Shown one piece after another: positions 26,013 to 35,174 of a stretch of DNA of 64,000 bases. The stretch comes from Escherichia coli (GTDB taxonomy: Bacteria; Pseudomonadota; Gammaproteobacteria; Enterobacterales; Enterobacteriaceae). How positions within the stretch are numbered: position 1 is the stretch's first letter; each line of letters starts with the position of its first letter. Made by a program: the position numbers and the translations under genes. The notes beneath the pieces are model-generated. The model searched no databases and had not been told where the DNA came from. It saw nothing but the letters and a program-made list of their open reading frames with translations. The stretch lies in NCBI RefSeq assembly GCF_003334785.1, contig NZ_QOWV01000013.1; one strand, written 5' to 3'.

Positions 26013-27002
26013 CTACTCTTCTTCGTTCCCGCCCTCTTCATACGGGCCAAATGGCTTCGCGGGCAGAACGATATACGTGCCTTCAAACACTGCACCCGGC
26101 GTCTCGTCGCCAAAGATTTCGACCTGCATCTGCACCCGTGCTTTTCGTCCGCGCGCCAGACGGTCGAGATCGCCGCTTAAGGCACCGAGGTCGGCTACCG
26201 CATGAGGTTTACCGCTAATCGGCTTGCTGTAGCGGATATGCGCATCCGCAAGAATAATCGTTCCGCCGAGGTGGCGTTCACGCAGCATCAGCCAGATAAG
26301 TCCCCAACCGGTGAGCGTCGCCAGTGAGAATAAACTCCCGGCAAACAGCGTATGGTGCGGATTCTGATTGCCGGTTTCTGGCATGGTAGTGATAAATTTT
26401 TGCCCGGTATATTGCTGAATGCGCACGCCCATTTTTTCACTAAGCGGGATATGTTCGTACCACGCCTGTTGCAGCTGCGCGCACCAGTCGCCGCGATGCA
26501 GAATGTCATCCAGAGTGGCGACGGGCTTAATCATCAAAAAATGGCGAATCGGCGTGGTGGTTGGCGTGGTGATTTCTCCCTGATTAACAAACCCCAGCTT
26601 GGCGAAAAACTCCACCGCGTCTTCACGGGCGCTACAGGTCACGCGCTTAACGCCTTCCTGACGCGCCACCGACTCCAGGGTCATCGCCATCAGCGTGCCT
26701 AACCCTTTGTCCTGCACGTCGGGATGAACGGCCATAAAGCGAATGGACGCTTCATTGTCGGCATTAATATACAGTCGGCCTACCGCCACCAGATTACCCT
26801 GCTCGTCGACGACCATCTGGTGATGCGCCATCGCATCCCACGCGTCGCGTTCCGAACCTTTTGGTTGATGCAGGGGCTTACGCAACATTTCCCAGCGAAA
26901 CTGATAGTAACGCTCTAATTCTTCTTCTGTTTGTGGAACCCGAAGGTGATACATAGCGATACTCTCTCTTGTTTCCCGTGACAACCCTGGAAGCTGGCTC
27001 AT
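26013..27002 (-). CDS. yiiD: GNAT acetyltransferase fused to a thioesterase-like domain
   Basis: 329-aa ORF; translationally coupled to dtd (4-nt overlap). Confidence 0.88.
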
Positions 27003-27436
27003 ACCTGCAACCAGAATGTCACGGGGCCATCATTGACCAGCGATACCTGCATATCCGCAGCGAAGCGTCCTGTTTGCGTGTTCATCTCTTGCTGACGGCA
27101 GCGTTCGACGAAATAGTCATATAACGCCTCTGCGCGATCCGGTGATGCACCTTTGGAGAAACTTGGGCGCATCCCCCGTTCGGTATCTGCGGCGAGGGTA
27201 AACTGGGAAACCACCAGCACACTGCCGCCCGCCTGTTGCACGTTGAGATTCATCTTGCCTTCGGCATCGCTAAAGATGCGGTAGCCGAGCACACGCTCGC
27301 ACAGACGGTTTGCTTTCTGTTCGTCGTCATCCTTTTCGACACCCAATAACACCAAAAGTCCCGCGCCAATTTCGCCCGTCACTTCTCCCTCCACGGTGAC
27401 GCTGGCACGGGTTACGCGTTGAATTAATGCAATCAT
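26999..27436 (-). CDS. dtd: D-aminoacyl-tRNA deacylase
   Basis: 145-aa [36 protein letters not shown]; DTD signature SQFTL. Confidence 0.93.
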
Positions 27437-28305
27437 GGTTCGTCGTCTTCTTCTTGTTCAGCTGCTTGTTTTAGTTTGCGGTATTCCCCGAGAGTGACAG
27501 TAATTTCCGCGCCAAGCAAGACGATACACCATGTCCAGTAGACCCAAACAAAGAGAATGGGGATCACCGCCAGCACACCATAAATGAGCTGATATGACGG
27601 GAACATGGTGATATAAAGCGCGAAACCTTTCTTTCCTGCTTCGAACAGGAGTGCGGCGACAAACGCGCCGACAATCGCGTCGCGGTTAGGTACGCGGATG
27701 GTAGGAACAATGCTGTACAGCAACCAGAAGGAGATCCACGACAACAGCAACGGAAAAATACGCAGCACGTTGTCGATGACAGTATTGAGATCGCTCGCCC
27801 AGCGCAGGGAGAGCAAATAGGAACTGATCGCCAGACTGGCCCCTGCCAGCAGCGGCCCCAGCGTTAAAATCATCCAGTACACGGCGAACGAGTAAATTTT
27901 TGGTCGCGCTCGTTTACTGCGCCAGATGGTATTCAACGCGCTATCGATGGAGTACATCAACAATAACGCGGTGACGATCAGCCCGCACGCCCCAACGGCG
28001 GTCATCTTGTTGGAATTGGCAACAAATTGTTCGATATACCGCTGAATAACATCGCCAGTAGCAGGCAGAAAGTTGGCAAAAATAAAGTGACGTAACTGAA
28101 TGCTGACGTCGGAAAACATGGGAAAAGCGGCGAAAAGCGCAAAAACAACGGCAACCAGCGGCACTAATGAGAGCAACGACACATAGGCAAGGTTACCTGC
28201 CAGGGTTGTCATGTTGTCCTCATCAATGCGTTGCCAGAGTAGTTTTAGCCAGGCCCATAGTGGACGGGTACGGTGCCTGGCTTTGTCCTGAATGGTTTTT
28301 AGCAT
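27433..28305 (-). CDS. yihY: YihY/BrkB-family inner membrane protein
   Basis: 290-aa polytopic membrane protein; 4-nt overlap with dtd. Confidence 0.88.
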
Positions 28306-28898
28306 AACACCTTCGCGAAATAGTCCGGGATGGTGGTTTTATCTTTCACCAGAATACTGGTAATGCCCAGCTGATTGGCTCCTTCTATATTATCGGCGTT
28401 ATCGTCGAAAAAGACCGTATCGCTGGGTGAAAAACCTTCCGCCTGCAAAACATGCTGGTAAATTCGTGCTTCAGGTTTGCGCATCCCCAGATCTTGCGAC
28501 AGATAGATATGGTCAGCAGCATCACGAATTTCCGGGTATTCTTCCGGCCAGAAGGTGGTATGCAGGCGGTTGGTATTGGAAAGCACCACCACGCGATGCC
28601 CCTGCTCACGCAGTTTATGCATGATGGCGATCACTTCCGGGCGCAGCGCAACAAACACCGCCTGCCAGCCGTGAGAGAACTGCTCGTAGCTTAGCGGTAG
28701 AGCCATCTCATGACACAGCGCCTCTGCGAACGCTTCGTCGCTAATTTCCCCACGCTCATGCTGATGAAACGCCTCCCCCATATGAAAACTCTTCTTAAGC
28801 GATGCCAGCGGAATACGCGTTAAATCGCTCCAGGCTCCCAGCACACGGTTAAAGTCGATATCGACAATCACATTACCTAAATCAAAGATATAGAGCAT
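28299..28898 (-). CDS. yihX: HAD-family alpha-D-glucose-1-phosphate phosphatase
   Basis: Track ORF 28299..28919; start at [15 protein letters not shown] (HAD motif I DxG), 199 aa. Confidence 0.88.
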
Positions 28899-28996
28899 TT
28901 TTGCCTCCTTTCGCGCCACAAGAAATTAACTGTAGCGGGAAAGGATGGGTTTGGCTATGTGGCAAGGTATGAAGCCAGGTTAACGGTCACAAAAAT

Positions 28997-29782
28997 CTAC
29001 GCGTCTTCCTGGGGAAGAATGATTTCAATTTGGCTGTCTTGTAAGCGTGATTTTAGCGCAGCGGGCGGCAGCTCGTCGGTAAAGAGCGCAGTGACCTGTG
29101 CCACGTTACCAATTTCAACCGCCGCCGAAGCATGATACTTAGTGTGATCGGCGACCAGCAGAATATTTCTCGCGTGCGCCATCATCGTTTTCACCACGTT
29201 AGCTTCGTTTACATCAAACTCCATCAACGCGCCATCGCTCTCAATCGCCCCAACGCTTGTTACCAGATAATCAGCACGAAAATCAGCCACAAAGGACGCC
29301 GCTGAAGGGCCAATGATCCCGCTATTATGAGAGCGCAACGTACCGCCGGGCACCATCACTTCAAAGCGCGGGTTGTGGTAAAGAATATGCGCCACACGCA
29401 GGCTGTTGGTGATTATCCGCAAATGATTATGGTTAAGTAACGCCCGGGCAACATGCTCAACAGTCGTACCAATGGTGATAAATATTGTTGAACCATCAGG
29501 AATATAGTCTGCCACCGCTTCGGCAATCGCTTTTTTTTCCTCGGTTTGCGAAACCTCACGCTGCTCGAACGCCGTATTAACGACGCTGGAAGCCCGACCC
29601 GCGCCACCGTGATGGCGCGTAATCAGGCCTTGCTCGCTTAATTTACGAATATCCCGGCGGACCGTCTGCGTGGAGACATCCAGCAGATTTGCCAGCTCAT
29701 CAATATTCATATACCCACGCTCGGCGATCAGCATGAGGAGTTGGTCGTGCCGCGGGTTACCGGTTAGTTCGGTAAGGCTCAT
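28997..29782 (-). CDS. yihW: DeoR-family repressor of the sulfoquinovose cluster
   Basis: Track ORF 28997..29806; start at MSLTELTGNPRHDQLL (261 aa); N-terminal HTH and DeoR C-terminal domain; also named csqR. Confidence 0.88.
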   Translation of the reverse strand: MSLTELTGNPRHDQLLMLIAERGYMNIDELANLLDVSTQTVRRDIRKLSEQGLITRHHGGAGRASSVVNTAFEQREVSQTEEKKAIAEAVADYIPDGSTIFITIGTTVEHVARALLNHNHLRIITNSLRVAHILYHNPRFEVMVPGGTLRSHNSGIIGPSAASFVADFRADYLVTSVGAIESDGALMEFDVNEANVVKTMMAHARNILLVADHTKYHASAAVEIGNVAQVTALFTDELPPAALKSRLQDSQIEIILPQEDA

Positions 29783-29815
29783 GAAAATTCCTCGAAAAAC
29801 CATCACCCTGGCATT

Positions 29816-30712
29816 TTATACAAAAAGTGACAAAAAAGATCGGGTTTGATCACAGTCAGGGATCCCGGCTCGTCCACCGGGACGTGTGCATTTTAACGCC
29901 GCTACACCGCTGGCGAAGCGGACTGACTCCGCTAAATCCCCACTTGTTGCCAGCGCCACCGCCAAAGCGCCGTGAAAAACATCACCCGCACCTGTGGTAT
30001 CTACCACATCAACTTTGAAGGCCGGTTGATGCTGACGCCCACCATTTTCCAGCCAGTCGCAGCCTGCGCTACCCTGGGTCACATAGACATGACCATTTGT
30101 GAGCGTTTGTGCCTGTTTTAGCGCACTGGCCATCTCTTTCACGCCCGTTAAGCGCGCCAGACCCGGTTCTGAAAAGGCCGCGTGATCGCTTAATGCCACC
30201 AGCTCACTGATATCCTGCGGCGTAATGTCCCCGTCCAGAACGGTCATCACACCCGCCTGACGGGCCAGGGTGAAGGCTTTTTTAGCGCCGTCGTGCCAGC
30301 GTACATCTGCCAGCACAACATCCCACTGAGAGAAATCAATTTCCTCCAACCACTCTGCGTCAGGCAGCAGATCCGGGCTGGGGTAGTTAATGATTATCCG
30401 CTCGCCTTTGGTATCCACCATGATGGCGGATTGCGAAGATTTCGCCTGGTTATACCGTTTGGTGTAACGGGTGTTAACGCCCCAGGATTCCAGCTCTGCC
30501 AGCAGGCTGTTGCCCGTGTCGTCATCACCTACGCGACCAATAAAATCGACCTGCGCCCCCAGCCTTGCCGCCGCAACCGCTGCCGTCGCCGCTGGCCCGC
30601 CACCAACTTCCGTATAATTTCTCGCCACGTATTTACCGCTCTCCGTCGGTAACCCTTCCACGTAATAGATGCGATCCATCACGGTTATACCTACACAAGC
30701 AACACGAATCAT
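29816..30712 (-). CDS. yihV: 6-deoxy-6-sulfofructose kinase (PfkB family)
   Basis: Track ORF 29816..30718; start at MIRVACVGITVMD; PfkB motifs (DTTGAGD). Confidence 0.88.
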   Translation of the reverse strand: MIRVACVGITVMDRIYYVEGLPTESGKYVARNYTEVGGGPAATAAVAAARLGAQVDFIGRVGDDDTGNSLLAELESWGVNTRYTKRYNQAKSSQSAIMVDTKGERIIINYPSPDLLPDAEWLEEIDFSQWDVVLADVRWHDGAKKAFTLARQAGVMTVLDGDITPQDISELVALSDHAAFSEPGLARLTGVKEMASALKQAQTLTNGHVYVTQGSAGCDWLENGGRQHQPAFKVDVVDTTGAGDVFHGALAVALATSGDLAESVRFASGVAALKCTRPGGRAGIPDCDQTRSFLSLFV

Positions 30713-30718
30713 GGTCAT

Positions 30719-30879
30719 TCCTTAAACATTTTGGGATGCGTTCATTTTAATTTCACCAATTGTTTAAAAAGTGACGGCTGTCAATTTTTTGACGATAAAT
30801 TACAAATACGGTCAAAAACAGACAAGTAAAGCATGTCATAAATGACAAAAAGTGACATCACTGTATTCAGGAGAGGGTT
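30719..30879. promoter_or_regulatory. yihV/yihU divergent promoter region with repeated AAAAAGTGAC motifs
   Basis: aaaaagtgac at 30766-30775 and 30847-30856, with local palindromes (tgtcataaatgaca, gtgacatcac); candidate operators for the DeoR-type regulator. Confidence 0.4.
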
Positions 30880-31683
30880 ATGGCAGCAATCGCGTTTATC
30901 GGTTTAGGACAAATGGGTTCGCCAATGGCGAGCAATTTATTGCAGCAAGGGCATCAACTTCGCGTCTTTGATGTGAACGCCGAAGCTGTGCGGCATCTGG
31001 TAGACAAAGGTGCGACTCCCGCCGCCAACCCGGCGCAGGCCGCTAAAGATGCCGAATTTATCATTACCATGTTGCCGAATGGCGATCTGGTGCGCAACGT
31101 GTTGTTCGGTGAAAACGGCGTTTGCGAAGGCTTATCTACCGATGCGCTGGTCATTGATATGTCCACCATCCATCCGCTGCAAACCGATAAATTGATTGCC
31201 GATATGCAAGCCAAAGGCTTCAGCATGATGGATGTTCCGGTAGGCCGTACTTCTGCAAATGCCATTACCGGTACTCTGTTACTGCTGGCTGGCGGCACCG
31301 CTGAACAAGTTGAACGTGCCACACCGATCCTGATGGCGATGGGCAGTGAGTTGATCAACGCTGGCGGTCCGGGCATGGGGATCCGCGTTAAGCTCATCAA
31401 CAACTACATGAGCATCGCGCTCAATGCGCTTTCGGCAGAAGCCGCCGTTTTGTGCGAAGCCCTGAATCTTCCCTTCGATGTTGCCGTCAAAGTGATGAGC
31501 GGTACCGCCGCCGGTAAAGGTCACTTCACCACTTCCTGGCCAAACAAAGTCCTCAGCGGAGATCTTTCTCCCGCCTTCATGATCGATCTTGCCCATAAGG
31601 ATCTTGGCATCGCCCTTGATGTCGCCAACCAGCTGCATGTGCCAATGCCGCTGGGGGCCGCCTCACGGGAGGTTTATAGCTAG
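30880..31683 (+). CDS. yihU: 3-sulfolactaldehyde reductase, C-terminally truncated by an in-frame amber codon (267 codons; 30 intact codons continue to 31776)
   Basis: Translation matches recalled YihU through ...ASREVYS, then TAG where I recall a Gln codon; downstream frame reads [30 protein letters not shown] then TAA at 31774-31776. Confidence 0.85.
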   Translation: MAAIAFIGLGQMGSPMASNLLQQGHQLRVFDVNAEAVRHLVDKGATPAANPAQAAKDAEFIITMLPNGDLVRNVLFGENGVCEGLSTDALVIDMSTIHPLQTDKLIADMQAKGFSMMDVPVGRTSANAITGTLLLLAGGTAEQVERATPILMAMGSELINAGGPGMGIRVKLINNYMSIALNALSAEAAVLCEALNLPFDVAVKVMSGTAAGKGHFTTSWPNKVLSGDLSPAFMIDLAHKDLGIALDVANQLHVPMPLGAASREVYS

Positions 31684-31799
31684 GCGCGCGCAGCGGGTCG
31701 CGGTCGCCAGGACTGGTCCGCCATTCTGGAACAGGTCCGTGTCAGTGCCGGGATGACTGCCAAAGTAAAAATGTAACGACTGGATAAAGGAATAAATGA

Positions 31800-32678
31800 A
31801 TGAATAAGTACACCATCAACGACATTACGCGCGCATCGGGCGGTTTTGCCATGCTGGCGGTCGATCAGCGCGAAGCCATGCGCATGATGTTTGCCGCGGC
31901 TGGGGCACCCGCTCCGGTAGCCGATAGCGTTTTAACTGATTTCAAAGTTAACGCTGCAAAGGCCCTCTCGCCTTATGCCTCGGCGATTCTGGTAGATCAA
32001 CAATTCTGCTACCGCCAGGTGGTTGAGCAAAACGCGATTGCCAAAAGTTGCGCCATGATTGTCGCCGCCGATGAGTTCATTCCTGGCAACGGTATTCCGG
32101 TCGATAGCGTGGTTATTGACCGCAAAATCAATCCGCTACAGATCAAACAAGACGGTGGCAAAGCCTTAAAACTGCTGGTGCTGTGGCGTAGTGATGAAGA
32201 TGCGCAGCAACGTCTGGATATGGTGAAAGAGTTCAACGAACTGTGCCACTCACACGGTCTGGTAAGCATCATTGAGCCAGTCGTCCGCCCACCGCGTCGT
32301 GGCGATAAATTCGATCGCGAACAAGCGATCATCGATGCCGCCAAAGAGCTGGGCGACAGTGGCGCTGACCTCTACAAAGTTGAAATGCCGCTTTATGGCA
32401 AAGGTCCGCAACAAGAGCTTCTCTGTGCTTCACAACGTCTGAATGACCATATCAATATGCCATGGGTGATCCTCTCTTCCGGTGTCGACGAAAAACTGTT
32501 CCCGCGTGCCGTACGCGTGGCAATGACGGCGGGCGCATCGGGATTCCTGGCAGGCCGTGCAGTCTGGGCATCGGTCGTCGGTTTACCAGACAACGAGCTG
32601 ATGCTGCGTGACGTTTGCGCACCGAAATTACAACAACTTGGCGATATCGTCGACGAAATGATGGCTAAACGCCGCTAA
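31800..32678 (+). CDS. yihT: 6-deoxy-6-sulfofructose-1-phosphate aldolase
   Basis: 292-aa ORF, class I aldolase family. Confidence 0.88.
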   Translation: MNKYTINDITRASGGFAMLAVDQREAMRMMFAAAGAPAPVADSVLTDFKVNAAKALSPYASAILVDQQFCYRQVVEQNAIAKSCAMIVAADEFIPGNGIPVDSVVIDRKINPLQIKQDGGKALKLLVLWRSDEDAQQRLDMVKEFNELCHSHGLVSIIEPVVRPPRRGDKFDREQAIIDAAKELGDSGADLYKVEMPLYGKGPQQELLCASQRLNDHINMPWVILSSGVDEKLFPRAVRVAMTAGASGFLAGRAVWASVVGLPDNELMLRDVCAPKLQQLGDIVDEMMAKRR

Positions 32679-32694
32679 GATGAGGATAAAAGGA

Positions 32695-33936
32695 ATGAAA
32701 TGGTTTAACACCCTAAGCCACAACCGTTGGCTGGAACAGGAAACCGACCGCATCTTTGATTTTGGTAAAAATTCCGTAGTGCCGACTGGTTTTGGCTGGT
32801 TAGGCAATAAAGGGCAAATCAAAGAAGAGATGGGCACCCATCTGTGGATCACCGCTCGTATGTTGCACGTTTATTCCGTTGCTGCGGCGATGGGTCGACC
32901 TGGCGCTTACTCGTTGGTTGATCACGGTATCAAAGCCATGAACGGCGCACTGCGTGATAAAAAATATGGCGGCTGGTATGCCTGCGTGAATGACGAGGGC
33001 GTGGTGGATGCCTCCAAACAGGGCTATCAACACTTCTTTGCTCTGCTGGGTGCCGCCAGCGCCGTCACAACGGGTCACCCGGAAGCGCGCAAGCTGCTCG
33101 ATTACACCATTGAAATTATCGAGAAATATTTCTGGAGCGAAGAAGAGCAGATGTGCCTGGAATCCTGGGACGAAGCCTTCAGCAAAACCGAAGAGTACCG
33201 CGGCGGCAATGCCAATATGCACGCGGTGGAAGCTTTCTTGATTGTTTATGACGTCACTCACGACAAAAAATGGCTGGATCGCGCGATTCGCGTGGCTTCC
33301 GTGATTATCCACGACGTCGCCAGAAATAATCATTATCGCGTTAACGAACACTTCGATACCCAGTGGAATCCGCTGCCGGATTACAACAAAGATAACCCGG
33401 CGCATCGCTTCCGCGCGTTCGGAGGTACACCAGGCCACTGGATCGAATGGGGCCGTTTAATGCTGCACATCCATGCTGCCCTGGAAGCCCGTTGCGAACA
33501 ACCACCAGCATGGCTGCTAGAAGATGCCAAAGGTCTGTTTAACGCCACCGTGCGCGATGCCTGGGCACCCGATGGCGCGGACGGGATTGTTTATACCGTT
33601 GACTGGGAAGGAAAACCGGTGGTCCGCGAACGTGTACGTTGGCCTATCGTCGAAGCAATGGGTACGGCCTACGCGCTCTACACCGTCACTGGCGATCGCC
33701 AGTATGAAACCTGGTATCAAACATGGTGGGAGTACTGCATTAAGTACCTGATGGACTATGAAAATGGTTCCTGGTGGCAGGAGCTGGATGCGGACAATAA
33801 GGTCACCACCAAAGTCTGGGACGGCAAACAGGATATTTATCACCTGCTGCATTGCCTGGTGATCCCGCGTATCCCGTTAGCGCCCGGCATGGCTCCAGCG
33901 GTTGCAGCGGGTCTGCTGGATATTAATGCGAAATAA
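32695..33936 (+). CDS. yihS: Sulfoquinovose isomerase
   Basis: Track ORF 32680..33936; start at [15 protein letters not shown] (413 aa). Confidence 0.88.
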   Translation: MKWFNTLSHNRWLEQETDRIFDFGKNSVVPTGFGWLGNKGQIKEEMGTHLWITARMLHVYSVAAAMGRPGAYSLVDHGIKAMNGALRDKKYGGWYACVNDEGVVDASKQGYQHFFALLGAASAVTTGHPEARKLLDYTIEIIEKYFWSEEEQMCLESWDEAFSKTEEYRGGNANMHAVEAFLIVYDVTHDKKWLDRAIRVASVIIHDVARNNHYRVNEHFDTQWNPLPDYNKDNPAHRFRAFGGTPGHWIEWGRLMLHIHAALEARCEQPPAWLLEDAKGLFNATVRDAWAPDGADGIVYTVDWEGKPVVRERVRWPIVEAMGTAYALYTVTGDRQYETWYQTWWEYCIKYLMDYENGSWWQELDADNKVTTKVWDGKQDIYHLLHCLVIPRIPLAPGMAPAVAAGLLDINAK

Positions 33937-33960
33937 CTGATCTGAAAATAGGGTGCGGGT

Positions 33961-34001
33961 TTTCCCCTCTCCCTAACCCTCTCCCCAAAGGGGCGAGGGG
34001 A
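33961..34001. repeat. GC-rich palindromic intergenic element after yihS
   Basis: cccctctccctaaccctctccccaaaggggcgagggg forms an imperfect hairpin; family not assigned. Confidence 0.45.
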
Positions 34002-34049
34002 CCGTCCGGTGCAGTTTTTGGGTTTGACATCAGCCTCACGGGAGGCTGT

Positions 34050-34976
34050 ATGTCGTTAATTAAGGTGCCTTGTATGCAAATCACCAATATGCATTGCAGT
34101 GGACAGACCGTTTCACTTGCCGCGGGGGATTATCACGCGACCATTGTGACCGTCGGTGCTGGTCTGGCTGAATTAACCTTTCAGGGTTGTCATTTAGTCA
34201 TCCCGCACAAACCCGAAGAGATGCCGCTGGCGCATCTGGGTAAAGTGCTTATTCCGTGGCCGAACCGGATCGCCAACGGCTGTTACCGCTATCAGGGGCA
34301 GGAATATCAGTTACCCATTAATGAACATAGTTCAAAAGCCGCTATTCACGGGCTGCTTGCCTGGCGAGACTGGCAAATTAGTGAATTAACCGCCACCAGC
34401 GTTACCCTGACAGCTTTTCTGCCGCCCAGTTACGGCTATCCGTTTATGCTGGCTTCACAAGTTGTTTATTCGCTCAACGCACACACGGGTCTTTCCGTTG
34501 AGATCGCAAGCCAGAATATCGGCACTGTCGCAGCGCCTTATGGCGTGGGTATTCATCCTTATTTAACCTGCAACTTAACATCTGTTGATGAATATCTGTT
34601 CCAGCTTCCGGCAAACCAGGTTTATGCCGTCGATGAGCACGCGAATCCGACAACGCTTCACCACGTTGATGAGCTGGATTTAAATTTCACGCAGGCGAAA
34701 AAAATAGCCGCGACAAAAATCGACCACACCTTTAAAACCGCTAATGATTTGTGGGAAATGACCATTACCCATCCACAGCAGGCGCTTTCGGTAAGCCTTT
34801 GTTCCGATCAACTCTGGGTGCAGGTTTATAGCGGTGAAAAATTACAGCGTCAGGGACTGGCAGTTGAACCTATGAGTTGCCCGCCTAACGCCTTTAATTC
34901 AGGTATCGACTTATTATTACTGGAATCAGGAAAACCGCACCGCCTGTTTTTTAATATTTACGGACAGAGAAAATAA
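34050..34976 (+). CDS. yihR: Aldose-1-epimerase family protein (sulfoquinovose mutarotase)
   Basis: 308-aa ORF. Confidence 0.85.
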   Translation: MSLIKVPCMQITNMHCSGQTVSLAAGDYHATIVTVGAGLAELTFQGCHLVIPHKPEEMPLAHLGKVLIPWPNRIANGCYRYQGQEYQLPINEHSSKAAIHGLLAWRDWQISELTATSVTLTAFLPPSYGYPFMLASQVVYSLNAHTGLSVEIASQNIGTVAAPYGVGIHPYLTCNLTSVDEYLFQLPANQVYAVDEHANPTTLHHVDELDLNFTQAKKIAATKIDHTFKTANDLWEMTITHPQQALSVSLCSDQLWVQVYSGEKLQRQGLAVEPMSCPPNAFNSGIDLLLLESGKPHRLFFNIYGQRK

Positions 34977-35174
34977 CTTGTATTGATTAGCAGTCAAAAT
35001 CATTGAAGAACATTTCACTCGCTAAAGGCAACATTATGTATCTTCAATTTATTAAGTTAAAAACAGCTCAGCTTCTGTAAAGTTTTTATATATCAGTTTT
35101 ATGAGAATCATTTTACATAAGCCTGTAATAACAGGAAGGCAACAATCTCGTTCTCAACTCTATGGAGATTAGTT

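Noticed and set aside
25981-26205. 74-aa plus-strand ORF overlapping the yiiD 3' end
   Set aside because: Overlaps yiiD on the opposite strand; Pro/Ser-rich low-complexity translation.
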